Assembly: GCA_041500865.1 (NCBI GenBank)
Contig: JBGQMY010000013.1
Location: 1-31,826 of the forward strand
Source of the DNA: Candidatus Micrarchaeia archaeon
GTDB taxonomy: Archaea; Micrarchaeota; Micrarchaeia; Anstonellales; J096
Length of the DNA stretch: 31,826 nucleotides
Direction of reading: 5' to 3'
Positions within the stretch are counted from its first letter, which is position 1. Every line of letters begins with the position of its first letter. Positions 16,941 to 25,869 of the stretch are shown one piece after another. Made by a program: the position numbers and the translations under genes. The notes beneath the pieces are model-generated. The model made no database searches. It saw only the letters and a list, made by a program, of their open reading frames with translations, and was not told where the DNA came from.

Positions 16941-19418
16941 TCAATATGGATAGACTATTGCCTTGTGCCACACGCCGTAGATTTTCTCGCCGCACTTGGG
17001 ACACTTGCCTTCCGGAGTTACGTCAAAGAAGTTCACGTTGAACGAGTCCCTTCCGACAAGGAGCGCGTTGCATTTCGGGCAGTGCGTGTCCTCTCCGCCA
17101 GGCACGTATGCGTTCCCTATGTAGATGTACCTTAGCCCCGCTTTCTTTCCGATGTTTCTTGCCTTTATCAGCGTTTCAACTGGCGTCACTGGCTTGTCAG
17201 CCATCTTGTAGTCGGGGTGGAACTGCGTGACATGCCAAGGTATGTTTTTGTCAATGCCTGCTATGAACTCCGCCATGCCGTTCAACTGCTCGTCGCTGTC
17301 GTTCTCGCCAGGTATGACCAGCGTGACGATTTCAAGGTGCTTGCCCCTTTTGTACACGGATTTTATGGTGTCAAGGACGTTTGAAAGCTTCGTGCCGCAG
17401 TTCCTTGCATAAAAGTCTTCAGTGAATCCTTTCAGGTCTATCTTGTACGTGTCAATGTGCTTCAGGTAATCAAGGGCCTCCTCTGACTCATATCCTGACG
17501 ATATGAACGCGTTGGAAAGGCCTTCCGACGCCGCGAGCTTCGCTATGTCCTCCGCGTACTCGGCCCATATCGCGGGCTCGTTGTAGGTGTATGCTATGCC
17601 ATCGGCCTTGTACTGCAGCGCCAGCTTCACCGCCATCTCAGGGGGAAGCGTGTTGGATTTCTGCTGTATGAGGTTCCTTGCGTTGTCCGCCTCCTTGCCT
17701 GCCTCCTGTTTTGGAAACTGGCTCATCTCCCAGTTCTGGCAGTTGCAGACTGCGATGAAATTAGCCAGGTAAGAATGCTCATTGTCCACTTCGCAATTAT
17801 ATACAAGTCCCGCATATTTTTTACGCTGTGTCGTGAATACCGGCACAAGCCAATGGGTGTCGGTTTCCCGGAACATCAGGCTCCTTTCGCTTTTCTTCCG
17901 CGGCTCATATTCCGTATTACCAAGGAAATGCTCCCTGAATTTTTCAGCAGTGAGCTTGACATAATACAAAGTTGACTGGTTGACTGTCCTGCCCTCAATT
18001 CTCTTTTTGGCAGGCGGCTGCCATTCATAAAAGCTCGGAAGATATCCCAGAAGCAGCAGAAGATGATATATCCCAAGAGCCAGCTTTTTGGAAACCGTGT
18101 TGAACGCTATTTTGTCCTTCAGCACGCAGCCGTCCCCTGCCAGATACGCATCCATGAAGGATTTTATCACCCTTTGCCCAGAGCGCGCCACTTCGGAAGG
18201 CACTTTCTTGTTTTTTGCCCTCTCGCCGCACAGGCTCTTGAACAGAATGCCGATAGAGGATTTTGACACCTCAACCGAGAGTGCCGTCCGTCTCATGACC
18301 ATTTTTGGTTTTGCCTGGAATATCTGCTCAAGCAGTCCAGCCGTGCGGCGCGCCAGATTCCCTTCATGTCTGCCATATGAAAAAACGACGTTGAAAGAGG
18401 ATGGCCTGTTTTGACACGCTGCAGTATGGCCCTCTGCGCAGTAATATCCAAGCAACTCCGCCAGGTCTTCGTCAAGCGGAATCAGGGCGGGTATGCCATC
18501 CCCTTTCTCCATCTTGAATCTGACACGCTTTCCGCTACGCACAACTTTGTTCTCGTAGACAAAGGTAGATTCGCCGATTCCGTCCCTTTTCAGTTTGCCA
18601 AGCAGTTTCCTCAGATAAACTGGGTGCATGCAAAGCATTGCCCCGATTTCCCTCGACGTTTTGCCTGCTTTATTGAGGCCTATCAGCCGCCTAAGACCGG
18701 CCTCATCCAGCTTCCTCCCTTTTTTAATCTTTGAAACGCCTTTTGCAAGGATTCCGCAGCAGTCCAGCACAACCTTCCTGTTTTTTGGTTTCAACTTTGG
18801 GACTGCCAGATAATCGCCTTTTTTCAGCGTATATGCAGGCACATTTTCAAATCTTCCTTCCCGCCACACAAAAAACCTGTGTTCTGGCGTGCAGGTTACT
18901 GGAGGCACATGCCTCGGCTTTATTGTGAGTATGTCGCCTTCATAGTTGTGCCTGAATACCTTTGCCACGGTTTCCCGCTCCCCGGACGCCGTTACCGTTT
19001 TCCTGTCCCCGGCAATGGCAATCTCGCCATGGGCATTTGCCATCTTCTCATCACAGGTTTCGAAGACTTCGTGAAGGCTCTTTATGGAATCGTCATTTAT
19101 GATGGTGGCATCTTCTGTAAAACAGAACGAGCACCTGAAGTTGCAGCCGTATGTCCCTATTGAGAAAAGCATTGTGCCAGGGTTATGGTGAAAAAGCGGC
19201 TTTTTCTCCACTGGGTCCATGTTGACCGCAGCCGGGCGCCCATAGACATATGAATATAATTTTCCGCCCTCGTTTCCCCTTGTGGAGCAGATGCCGACCC
19301 TTCCCTCGGGTATAGCGCAGTAATGCTTGCATGCAAGGCATTTCAGCGTATCGCCCTTCAGCTTTTCGTAGAGCACCGCTTCCTTCCCCGACTCGGAGAC
19401 TATCCTTGTCCTTGCCAT
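16941..19418 (-). CDS. amrS: AmmeMemoRadiSam system radical SAM enzyme, intein-containing
   Basis: CLACKHYC, DPVEKKPLFH, GCNFRCSF|..|CQNWEMSQ, IAYTYNEP, WHVTQFHPDYK, YIYIGN. Confidence 0.93.
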   Translation of the reverse strand: MARTRIVSESGKEAVLYEKLKGDTLKCLACKHYCAIPEGRVGICSTRGNEGGKLYSYVYGRPAAVNMDPVEKKPLFHHNPGTMLFSIGTYGCNFRCSFCFTEDATIINDDSIKSLHEVFETCDEKMANAHGEIAIAGDRKTVTASGERETVAKVFRHNYEGDILTIKPRHVPPVTCTPEHRFFVWREGRFENVPAYTLKKGDYLAVPKLKPKNRKVVLDCCGILAKGVSKIKKGRKLDEAGLRRLIGLNKAGKTSREIGAMLCMHPVYLRKLLGKLKRDGIGESTFVYENKVVRSGKRVRFKMEKGDGIPALIPLDEDLAELLGYYCAEGHTAACQNRPSSFNVVFSYGRHEGNLARRTAGLLEQIFQAKPKMVMRRTALSVEVSKSSIGILFKSLCGERAKNKKVPSEVARSGQRVIKSFMDAYLAGDGCVLKDKIAFNTVSKKLALGIYHLLLLLGYLPSFYEWQPPAKKRIEGRTVNQSTLYYVKLTAEKFREHFLGNTEYEPRKKSERSLMFRETDTHWLVPVFTTQRKKYAGLVYNCEVDNEHSYLANFIAVCNCQNWEMSQFPKQEAGKEADNARNLIQQKSNTLPPEMAVKLALQYKADGIAYTYNEPAIWAEYAEDIAKLAASEGLSNAFISSGYESEEALDYLKHIDTYKIDLKGFTEDFYARNCGTKLSNVLDTIKSVYKRGKHLEIVTLVIPGENDSDEQLNGMAEFIAGIDKNIPWHVTQFHPDYKMADKPVTPVETLIKARNIGKKAGLRYIYIGNAYVPGGEDTHCPKCNALLVGRDSFNVNFFDVTPEGKCPKCGEKIYGVWHKAIVYPY
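17742..19124 (-). mobile_element. Intein with LAGLIDADG homing endonuclease (461 aa)
   Basis: Starts CFTEDA; block B TCTPEHRF; LLGYYCAEG and AYLAGDG; ends VYNCEVDNEHSYLANFIAVCN before extein Cys. Confidence 0.93.
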
Positions 19419-19431
19419 TCAAACCGCCTTG

Positions 19432-19989
19432 CTATGAGCCGCTCCCGTTGGATTCTATTACCGTAATGTCCCTGGACATGCACTCGACTGCGCTTAAGCA
19501 TCCGTTCTCCATCGTGGCATTCAGCCTCTGGTAGTTGGCCCCGCACTCGTCCGCCAGGCCGTTTATCAGCACATCCGGTATGTCCTGGCATCCCGGTCCC
19601 TGCATCTTTGATATGTCATATGCAACCCGCTCCGAGGCGTTCATGCACTTGTAGGCTGTCGTGCAGTTCCAGACGTCCTTGACTTCTATCATCGCCTTGG
19701 ACAGGCTTGCGCAATTGCCGTATTCCGCCTGGCTTGGCGCGCTTATCGGGGTGCACTGCCCCGGCAGCGAAACGTTGCCCGTCGCGTTCTGCGGCGTGAT
19801 GTCCTGCGTGGCATTGGCCTCCGGGGTGCTGTTTGCAATTGCGTTGGTCTGGTTCGCAACAGATATGTTTTCCTGCACGCCCTGCGATGAGTTGTTCGCC
19901 CCGATGTCGGTCACGGTGCCGGAGCCGCCTACGCATCCACATGACAGGACCAATGCTGCAACGATGAGGATTAGGGTTTCCCTTGCCAT
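19432..19989 (-). CDS. Putative surface lipoprotein with Cys-rich domain
   Basis: Hydrophobic signal ending LSCGC; NxS/T-rich linker; Cys-rich C-terminal domain. Confidence 0.7.
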   Translation of the reverse strand: MARETLILIVAALVLSCGCVGGSGTVTDIGANNSSQGVQENISVANQTNAIANSTPEANATQDITPQNATGNVSLPGQCTPISAPSQAEYGNCASLSKAMIEVKDVWNCTTAYKCMNASERVAYDISKMQGPGCQDIPDVLINGLADECGANYQRLNATMENGCLSAVECMSRDITVIESNGSGS

Positions 19990-20026
19990 GCCAGTCTTTC
20001 AAAAAGGAAGTTTAAAAAAGTATGGA

Positions 20027-20614
20027 TTACTGCGTTGACCTCACGAACGTGCCGATGGAGGTGCAGTTTATGCTTATGGATTTTGCGCATGTGCTGCCGT
20101 TGACATAGGCGTACGTGGAATTGACAATCACTTTAACATTATCATACTCCGCGCCGCACATGTTCGCTGTAGCGTAGATGACGTCATCCGTTATCACCGG
20201 AGGGCATATCCTGTCCTGGATGCTTATCCTGGAAAGGTCATACCTTACCCTGGACACTGCGTCCATGCACCTGTACTCCGTCGTGCAGTTGGCTGCATCC
20301 TTTATTTGGACGTATGTGCTGACGTTCTTCTTGCACACGGCCTGCTGCTCTGCTGAAGGCGGTGCAACGTATGCGCATTGGGCGGCAGAATTGTTGGCCG
20401 TCTGGTTAATAGCTGGTTGGCTATTGTTCTGCGCCGGCGTTGCGTTGGTGGATGCATTGCTGACAGTCGGAGAAGGCTGCTGGCCCGAGACGTTCGGCGC
20501 AGTTGAGATTATGTGCCCGCCGCTGGCGTTGGCTGCTGCCCCTCCTTGGGATACGCATCCTGCGAAAATAACCAGTGCGATGAGCACCGCTGAAACCAGA
20601 ATAGTCTTGTACAT
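20027..20614 (-). CDS. Putative surface lipoprotein, paralog of 19432-19989
   Basis: Signal ending FAGC; KDAANCTTEYRCM..RVRYDLS vs KDVWNCTTAYKCM..RVAYDIS. Confidence 0.72.
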   Translation of the reverse strand: MYKTILVSAVLIALVIFAGCVSQGGAAANASGGHIISTAPNVSGQQPSPTVSNASTNATPAQNNSQPAINQTANNSAAQCAYVAPPSAEQQAVCKKNVSTYVQIKDAANCTTEYRCMDAVSRVRYDLSRISIQDRICPPVITDDVIYATANMCGAEYDNVKVIVNSTYAYVNGSTCAKSISINCTSIGTFVRSTQ

Positions 20615-20655
20615 GAAGGCATTTCATGCAGCCAAACTTTAAAAGGATGGGGGTT

Positions 20656-21669
20656 TCACCATTGCGGTTCCGTCGCAGGCATGGGAACGGTGCTTGGCAT
20701 GAGCCTCTTCCTTTTCAATGCCTTTGATATGGCTTCCGTTATCGGCTTCTTTACCTTTGCCGAAAGGTATGGAAGCGCATAAACGGCGTATATGGACATC
20801 ATTGTCCAGCTCAGATGGCCGATGGGCGGGGTGCTCTCCTCTTTCATCGTTTTTGCAATGGCCGGAAGGTAAACTTCAGGCATTGCGCCGCTTTTCCCAA
20901 GCGCATCCTCTATGTCCTTCCTTTCCTTTGCATTTGGCGGAAGGTTAACTATGGCATTCAGGAATGACGACCTTTCTGCAGCCTCCCTTGCGACCGCCGG
21001 CCCAACGAATGCGCCAGAAGAAATGCCCTTGCCCATATAAACAGCCATGGATCCCGCGGCAGGATATGCGAGGATTTTGGATATCGTGCCCAGAAGCTCC
21101 TTGCGGAACATGCCTTTTGCAATAGATTTCTCTATAAGGCCCTTTGCGACCTCCTTCCCGACGCTTTCGGCTCCCTTGATTAAGAATCTTGATGCCAGGC
21201 CTTCAACCCCCGTGGCTATCCATGTTACTATGCTCGCATCAAACGCCGCATCCATCGGCTTTTCCGCCATGTTGACATACCTGAACCAGAGGTCGGTCCT
21301 CTTGCCGACATAGTCCGGCATTGCCATATTAAGCGCATTCATCAGCTCTCTTATGCTTTTGGAATATCTGTTCAATGCTGTTTCCGAACCGGGGTTGTTG
21401 TAGGCGGTTTCAAAGGCGCTTCTGTATGTATTCCATTTCTTCTCGAAAACGTCATAGTGTGTTGATTTGAAGTCGTCCGCATATCCAGACATTCCTGCCA
21501 AGCCTGAAGTCTTGTAGGAGCTCAGCTCTTTAAGGTCATGGTACAGGGTCCGCATCGTGCCATGCATTTTCCATGCAACTAGCCTGTCCGTTTCCTTGAG
21601 ATAGCCGCGCATTACGTTCCTTGGAATGGTAACCTGCTCTTCTTTCTTCACCACGGTTCCGTTTGCCAT
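20656..21669 (-). CDS. Hypothetical protein with hydrophobic segments
   Basis: 337-aa ORF with its own TATA (21692-21699); no recognised family. Confidence 0.6.
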   Translation of the reverse strand: MANGTVVKKEEQVTIPRNVMRGYLKETDRLVAWKMHGTMRTLYHDLKELSSYKTSGLAGMSGYADDFKSTHYDVFEKKWNTYRSAFETAYNNPGSETALNRYSKSIRELMNALNMAMPDYVGKRTDLWFRYVNMAEKPMDAAFDASIVTWIATGVEGLASRFLIKGAESVGKEVAKGLIEKSIAKGMFRKELLGTISKILAYPAAGSMAVYMGKGISSGAFVGPAVAREAAERSSFLNAIVNLPPNAKERKDIEDALGKSGAMPEVYLPAIAKTMKEESTPPIGHLSWTMMSIYAVYALPYLSAKVKKPITEAISKALKRKRLMPSTVPMPATEPQW

Positions 21670-21708
21670 GTTAAATATTAAGTTAAAAACGGTTTAAATA
21701 TTGATGCC

Positions 21709-22614
21709 CTAAAACGAATTCAGCGTCTCCTTTAGCCCTTCCTCAAGCGGCCTGCTCGCGCGGAAGTCCAGCAATTCCTTTGCCTTTCCTGTGTCTGCAA
21801 CGCTGAAGCGGATGTCGCCTTGCCTGCCTTCTGCGAAAGACGGCTCCATCGCATAGCCGGTCATGCCTCGCATTGCCCTGAAAAGGCCCAGTATCGTTAT
21901 CCCTTTTCCCGAAGCTATGTTCATGGGCTCTGCGGAATGGCCCTTCGCCCTCATGGCAAGCATGTTGGCCTCAGCCACGTCCTTTACATAGATGAAATCC
22001 CTTGTCTGCCTTCCGTTTCCGTAAATGCTTATTGGTTTGTGGTTTAGCATGCTGGATGCGAATATGGATATTACTCCGGAATACGGGCTGGACGGGTCCT
22101 GCCTTGGCCCATAGACGTTGAAATACCTCAGCGGCACTATGTTCATGCCATATTCCTTTGCGTAAATCCGCGCATAGAGCTCGTCAATGAGCTTGCTTTC
22201 GGCATACGGGCTTTTCGGGAAAAGCGGCGCGTCCTCTGCCACCGGCTTTGCCGCCTCGTCGTAAACAGCAGCGGAACTTGCAAAGACGACCCTTTCAACG
22301 TCCGCCTTCCTTGCGCATTCCAGAAGGTTCAGGAACGACGCCGCGTTGTCCCTGTACGTCTTTTCGAATTTTGAGAAGCTGAGCGGGACGGAGACAAGCG
22401 CGGCCTCGTGGAAAACGACCTCAACGCCTTTCAGCGTGTCCGGCGTTATGGACGCGATGTCCGCCCTGAGCAGTTTCGCGCCCCTTGAGACAGCGCCGCC
22501 GATGTTCTCCATCTTCCCTGCGGAAAAGTCGTCCAGTATTGCTGTCTCCTTGGCATCAAGCGCGTCAACGATGTGCGAGCCTATGAAGCCCGCCCCGCCT
22601 GTCACGAGGTACAT
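21709..22614 (-). CDS. NAD-dependent epimerase/dehydratase (GalE/WcaG-like)
   Basis: TGGAGFIGSH, ASSAAVY, SPYAESK, LRYFNVYGPRQ, GRQTRDFIYVKDV. Confidence 0.93.
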   Translation of the reverse strand: MYLVTGGAGFIGSHIVDALDAKETAILDDFSAGKMENIGGAVSRGAKLLRADIASITPDTLKGVEVVFHEAALVSVPLSFSKFEKTYRDNAASFLNLLECARKADVERVVFASSAAVYDEAAKPVAEDAPLFPKSPYAESKLIDELYARIYAKEYGMNIVPLRYFNVYGPRQDPSSPYSGVISIFASSMLNHKPISIYGNGRQTRDFIYVKDVAEANMLAMRAKGHSAEPMNIASGKGITILGLFRAMRGMTGYAMEPSFAEGRQGDIRFSVADTGKAKELLDFRASRPLEEGLKETLNSF

Positions 22615-22666
22615 GAAGGGATTTGCAAAGGGTTGTTTTTATAGTTAAGCCTGTTCTATATGAACA

Positions 22667-22696
22667 TTTTTAACCTCTATGCCGCACAAGGCAGGC
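22667..22696 (+). promoter_or_regulatory. TATA promoter module TTTTTAACCTCTATGCCGCACAAGGCAGGC-ATG
   Basis: Same TGCCGCACAA core and AGGC-ATG as the ankyrin promoters. Confidence 0.7.
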
Positions 22697-23536
22697 ATGG
22701 AACAACGGAGGCTAGATGCAAGCCAAGCAATGAAAAAGCCGGGACGGTTTGCAAGGGACGTATTGGTGTCTGCCGCGCGTTCAATCAGAGCCATTGCAAG
22801 AAAAAGGCCGAGATTCGTTGACATTTACCGATTGCCAACGGTTTACAATATCTGCAACCAGACTTTAAGAGAGGTTATTTCCCTGCCGAAGTTAAGCCTG
22901 GCGCACGTCGCAATGAATGCCGGGGACGTTTCCCTTGGGCACTGGCATTCAAGAATGACTGAAATTTATTTCGTTCTTGATGGAAATGGCATTTTGTATT
23001 ATGGGGATAGGGCAATCGGCGCGGAAAAGGGAACTTATCTTATGCTCCCACCAGGAATCCCACACAAACTCAGGAACGTTGGCGACTCCAGCCTGGATCA
23101 CCTTGTCTTGGCGATGCCCCCATTCAATCGCAAGGATGTTGAGATTTTGGAAGGCTTTGAAAACGAAAGACTGCTGCCTGAAAAATACGGGCATGACAGG
23201 CCGCCCTTGACCGCATTGGACGGCGCATTGATATACGAGCTGATTCCGCCAACCGAAAGAAAAATGCTGGACGTCGCATTGGCAGTCGGTTTTCTGCCCA
23301 AAGGAAGAAAAGCGATACCCCATTACCATAGGATAAGCGAAGAAATATATTACATTTCAAAAGGAACCGGCAGTGTAAGGGCCGGGAACAGGAGATTCGA
23401 CGTAAAAACAGGGTCGGTTGTCTACATCCCAAAAAACACTGTCCATGCCCTGGAAAACGGAAGCGATTCGGACGAGCTGGAGCTGCTCTGCATCTCCTCG
23501 CCCGCATACAGGGAAGGGGACTTCATACTTGAATGA
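22697..23536 (+). CDS. Bicupin protein with basic N-terminal extension
   Basis: HWHSRMTEIYFVLDGNG..PPGIPH and HYHRISEEIYYISKGTG..PKNTVH. Confidence 0.88.
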   Translation: MEQRRLDASQAMKKPGRFARDVLVSAARSIRAIARKRPRFVDIYRLPTVYNICNQTLREVISLPKLSLAHVAMNAGDVSLGHWHSRMTEIYFVLDGNGILYYGDRAIGAEKGTYLMLPPGIPHKLRNVGDSSLDHLVLAMPPFNRKDVEILEGFENERLLPEKYGHDRPPLTALDGALIYELIPPTERKMLDVALAVGFLPKGRKAIPHYHRISEEIYYISKGTGSVRAGNRRFDVKTGSVVYIPKNTVHALENGSDSDELELLCISSPAYREGDFILE

Positions 23537-23573
23537 GGCCCCTGGGTTCAAAAGAACCCTTTTGGCAGGGCAA
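23536..23573. repeat. Short (internally deleted) copy of the hairpin element
   Basis: AGGCCC..CCTGGGTTCAAAAGAACCCTTTTGGCA..GGGCAA; 26/27 identical to 23710-23736. Confidence 0.75.
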
Positions 23574-23616
23574 TATGCCATTATTTTAAACCTTATCCTG
23601 CATAATTTCAGATTGC

Positions 23617-23628
23617 GCGGCTGTAGTC
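23617..23628 (+). repeat. Duplicated first 12 nt of tRNA-Gly
   Basis: GCGGCTGTAGTC is identical to 23756-23767. Confidence 0.85.
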
Positions 23629-23755
23629 AGGCCCTTTTTGGGCTTTTTCTGAAAAAGTCCAGGGAAAAACCGACAGCGTTTTTCGCTGAAGCCTTTTCCC
23701 AAAAGGCTTCCTGGGTTCAAAAGAACCCTCTTGGCATGACGCAGTTGCAGGGTAA
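23629..23755. repeat. Multi-hairpin element (REP/MITE-like) between the duplicated tRNA 5' ends
   Basis: Serial inverted repeats including GAAGCCTTTT/AAAAGGCTTC and GGGTTC/GAACCC; 23639-23684 matches 10147-10193 (40/47). Confidence 0.72.
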
Positions 23756-23826
23756 GCGGCTGTAGTCTAGTGGTAGGATATAAGCCTTCCAAGCTTGTGA
23801 CCCGGGTTCAAATCCCGGCAGCCGCA
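23756..23826 (+). tRNA. tRNA-Gly (TCC)
   Basis: Acceptor stem GCGGCTG/CAGCCGC; anticodon arm TAAGC-CTTCCAA-GCTTG; T-arm CCGGG-TTCAAAT-CCCGG; CCA not encoded. Confidence 0.96.
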
Positions 23827-23944
23827 CTGAACCAAGGGGGCTCCGCGCCTCCTCAGTTCCAAGGTCCTCCCGCTCCCCCGGCGATTGGGGTTGCTTGGGC
23901 CCAAAAGAAGGCTGAATAACAGTTAGAATAGGGTGAAGCAAGGC

Positions 23945-24508
23945 ATGAGCAAATTTGATGCAGTAATAAAAGAATTGAAATATATCCTGCCTACATCGCC
24001 CATTGAATTTGAATTGAAGCACGCCGAACTTGTTTTGAAATGGGTCTTAGAACTTAAACCCGATGCAGATGAGGCACTGAAGATTGCGGCCTTTTCCCAT
24101 GACATTGACAGGGCTGTCCACAAAATTCTTGAGAAAGACCTGAAAGATTATTCCAAGATCAATGAATTCAAAAAAGAGCATTCCTTGCGGTCTGCCCAGA
24201 TAATCTCTGCCATCCTAGCGAAACACGGTTACCCGCAAAAGACAATTGACAAAGTCAAACAGCTTGTAGAAAGCCACGAGTTTGGAGGGGATCCTGAATC
24301 GGACATCTTGAAAGATGCGGACAGCATAGCCTATTTCGAATATAACATTCCGTTTTATCTTAAAATAACTGGTAGAGAACGCACTAAAGAAAAGATAAAG
24401 TTCATGTACAGGAGAATGTCTGAAAAGGCCAAGAGATTAGTCCATCAGATAAGATTCGAGGATAAAGAGACAGAAAAATTGTTTGAAGAGGCAATACATG
24501 AACTATAA
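23945..24508 (+). CDS. HD-domain protein (DUF4202-like)
   Basis: KHA..VLKWV, AAFSHDIDR, SHE, DADSIAYF, KIKFMYRRMS. Confidence 0.8.
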   Translation: MSKFDAVIKELKYILPTSPIEFELKHAELVLKWVLELKPDADEALKIAAFSHDIDRAVHKILEKDLKDYSKINEFKKEHSLRSAQIISAILAKHGYPQKTIDKVKQLVESHEFGGDPESDILKDADSIAYFEYNIPFYLKITGRERTKEKIKFMYRRMSEKAKRLVHQIRFEDKETEKLFEEAIHEL

Positions 24509-24539
24509 AGTAGCGGATTCAAAAAAAGGCATGATGTGT

Positions 24540-25127
24540 ATGGACAACCTGCCAATGACAAGGGAGGAAGCGGTTGCTTTGCTGAAAAGCATGCCGCAGC
24601 TGGATTCCGACATGAACCATTACCTGGAGACAGAGGCTATTATGCGCTCCTTGGCCGAAAGGTTCGGCGAAAACGCCGATTACTGGGGGATGCTGGGCCT
24701 GCTGCACGACATTGACTGGTCGCTGACCAAGAACGACTGGAAGGAGCACTGCGTCAAGGCGGCCGGGATGCTGAAATCAAAGGGCTTTGATGACGCGTTC
24801 ATAGAAAACGTGCAGTCCCACGGGTATGGCCATGATGAAATTCCCCTTCTGAAAGACAAGAAAAGAGCCTCAAGGATACAGCATTGCCTTATCGCAGCCG
24901 AAACATTGACCGGAATCGTTTATGCATACGCCTTGATGAGGGGAAAAAGGATTTCTGACATGGATGCCAAGGGGCTAAGCAAAAAATTCAATGACAAGAA
25001 ATTCGCGGCGAATTGCAGCAGGGAGCTTGTCAGGGAGATAGAGCTGGCCGGGCTGGCCACGGAAGATTTTTTTGCCTTGTCCATAGAGGCAATCAAGGGC
25101 ATAAAGGAACAGATTGGCCTCGAATAG
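24540..25127 (+). CDS. HDIG-type HD hydrolase
   Basis: TREEA, H.LETEAIMR, GLLHDIDW, KKFNDKKFAANCSRE; start may be 24531. Confidence 0.88.
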   Translation: MDNLPMTREEAVALLKSMPQLDSDMNHYLETEAIMRSLAERFGENADYWGMLGLLHDIDWSLTKNDWKEHCVKAAGMLKSKGFDDAFIENVQSHGYGHDEIPLLKDKKRASRIQHCLIAAETLTGIVYAYALMRGKRISDMDAKGLSKKFNDKKFAANCSRELVREIELAGLATEDFFALSIEAIKGIKEQIGLE

Positions 25128-25246
25128 GGATAACGCTTTTACGAAAGAAAAAAGACAGTATATACTAAAAACTGATTTTCCGTCTTTTTGCGCAAAGCTG
25201 GGCACATTGCTGCCAGAAGCGGCATCCTGCGTTTCAGCAAGCGCCT

Positions 25247-25444
25247 TCAGGCTGCGACCTTTTTCACGTTCTTTGCGCGCGGCCCACGCTCTCCGGACTC
25301 AACATCGTATTCAACGACGTCGCCTACCGCGAGCGCTGCTCCGCCCTCAATCGCAGAGGTGTGCACGTACACGTCCTTCCCGTCCTCGCCCGTGATAAAC
25401 CCAAACCCGCGGGCGGCGTTAAACATCTTTACTTTTCCTTTCAT
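25247..25444 (-). CDS. cspA: Cold-shock domain protein
   Basis: KGKVKMFNAARGFGFI (RNP1), DVYVHTSAI (RNP2), GPRAKNV. Confidence 0.93.
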   Translation of the reverse strand: MKGKVKMFNAARGFGFITGEDGKDVYVHTSAIEGGAALAVGDVVEYDVESGERGPRAKNVKKVAA

Positions 25445-25560
25445 TTAAATCACCAATCTGATGCTGCTTTTGAAGCGCATGGTTTATAAAATCTTGTCTG
25501 GCCGGCCCATGCGCAGTATTGCAGCCTGGAAAGGGCGCACTGTTTGGGGCTGCCGGTTCA

Positions 25561-25869
25561 TCATTGCCTCGTTCCATGGATGTCAAGAAGGCTGTCGAGT
25601 ATCGCATACAATACGTCCATATCCTGGTCAATCCGCGTCAGCGGGTTCGCGACGTGGCTTGCCGCGCCGTCGAAGTAGTCAAACTTCATCTTGCCGAGCC
25701 TTCTGTTGTTCATTGATTCGGCGAAGTCCGCAACCTTCATCATGGATGCCAGGTCCAGCCATTCCTGCCGGAAATGCGGGTTTGAAATTAAGCCGTTAAG
25801 CACCCTTGCCGCAAGGTAGGAGCCGTATCCGTGCGTCCTGTACAGCATTACGCATGAGCTGTCTATCAC
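25561..25869 (-). CDS. Hypothetical protein (possibly the C-terminal part of a frameshifted gene)
   Basis: GTG start overlaps the stop of 25866-26342. Confidence 0.4.
   Translation of the reverse strand: MIDSSCVMLYRTHGYGSYLAARVLNGLISNPHFRQEWLDLASMMKVADFAESMNNRRLGKMKFDYFDGAASHVANPLTRIDQDMDVLYAILDSLLDIHGTRQ

Noticed and set aside
23617..23826. Split or intron-containing tRNA-Gly
   Set aside because: A complete uninterrupted tRNA exists at 23756-23826, and no bulge-helix-bulge was seen at the insert borders.
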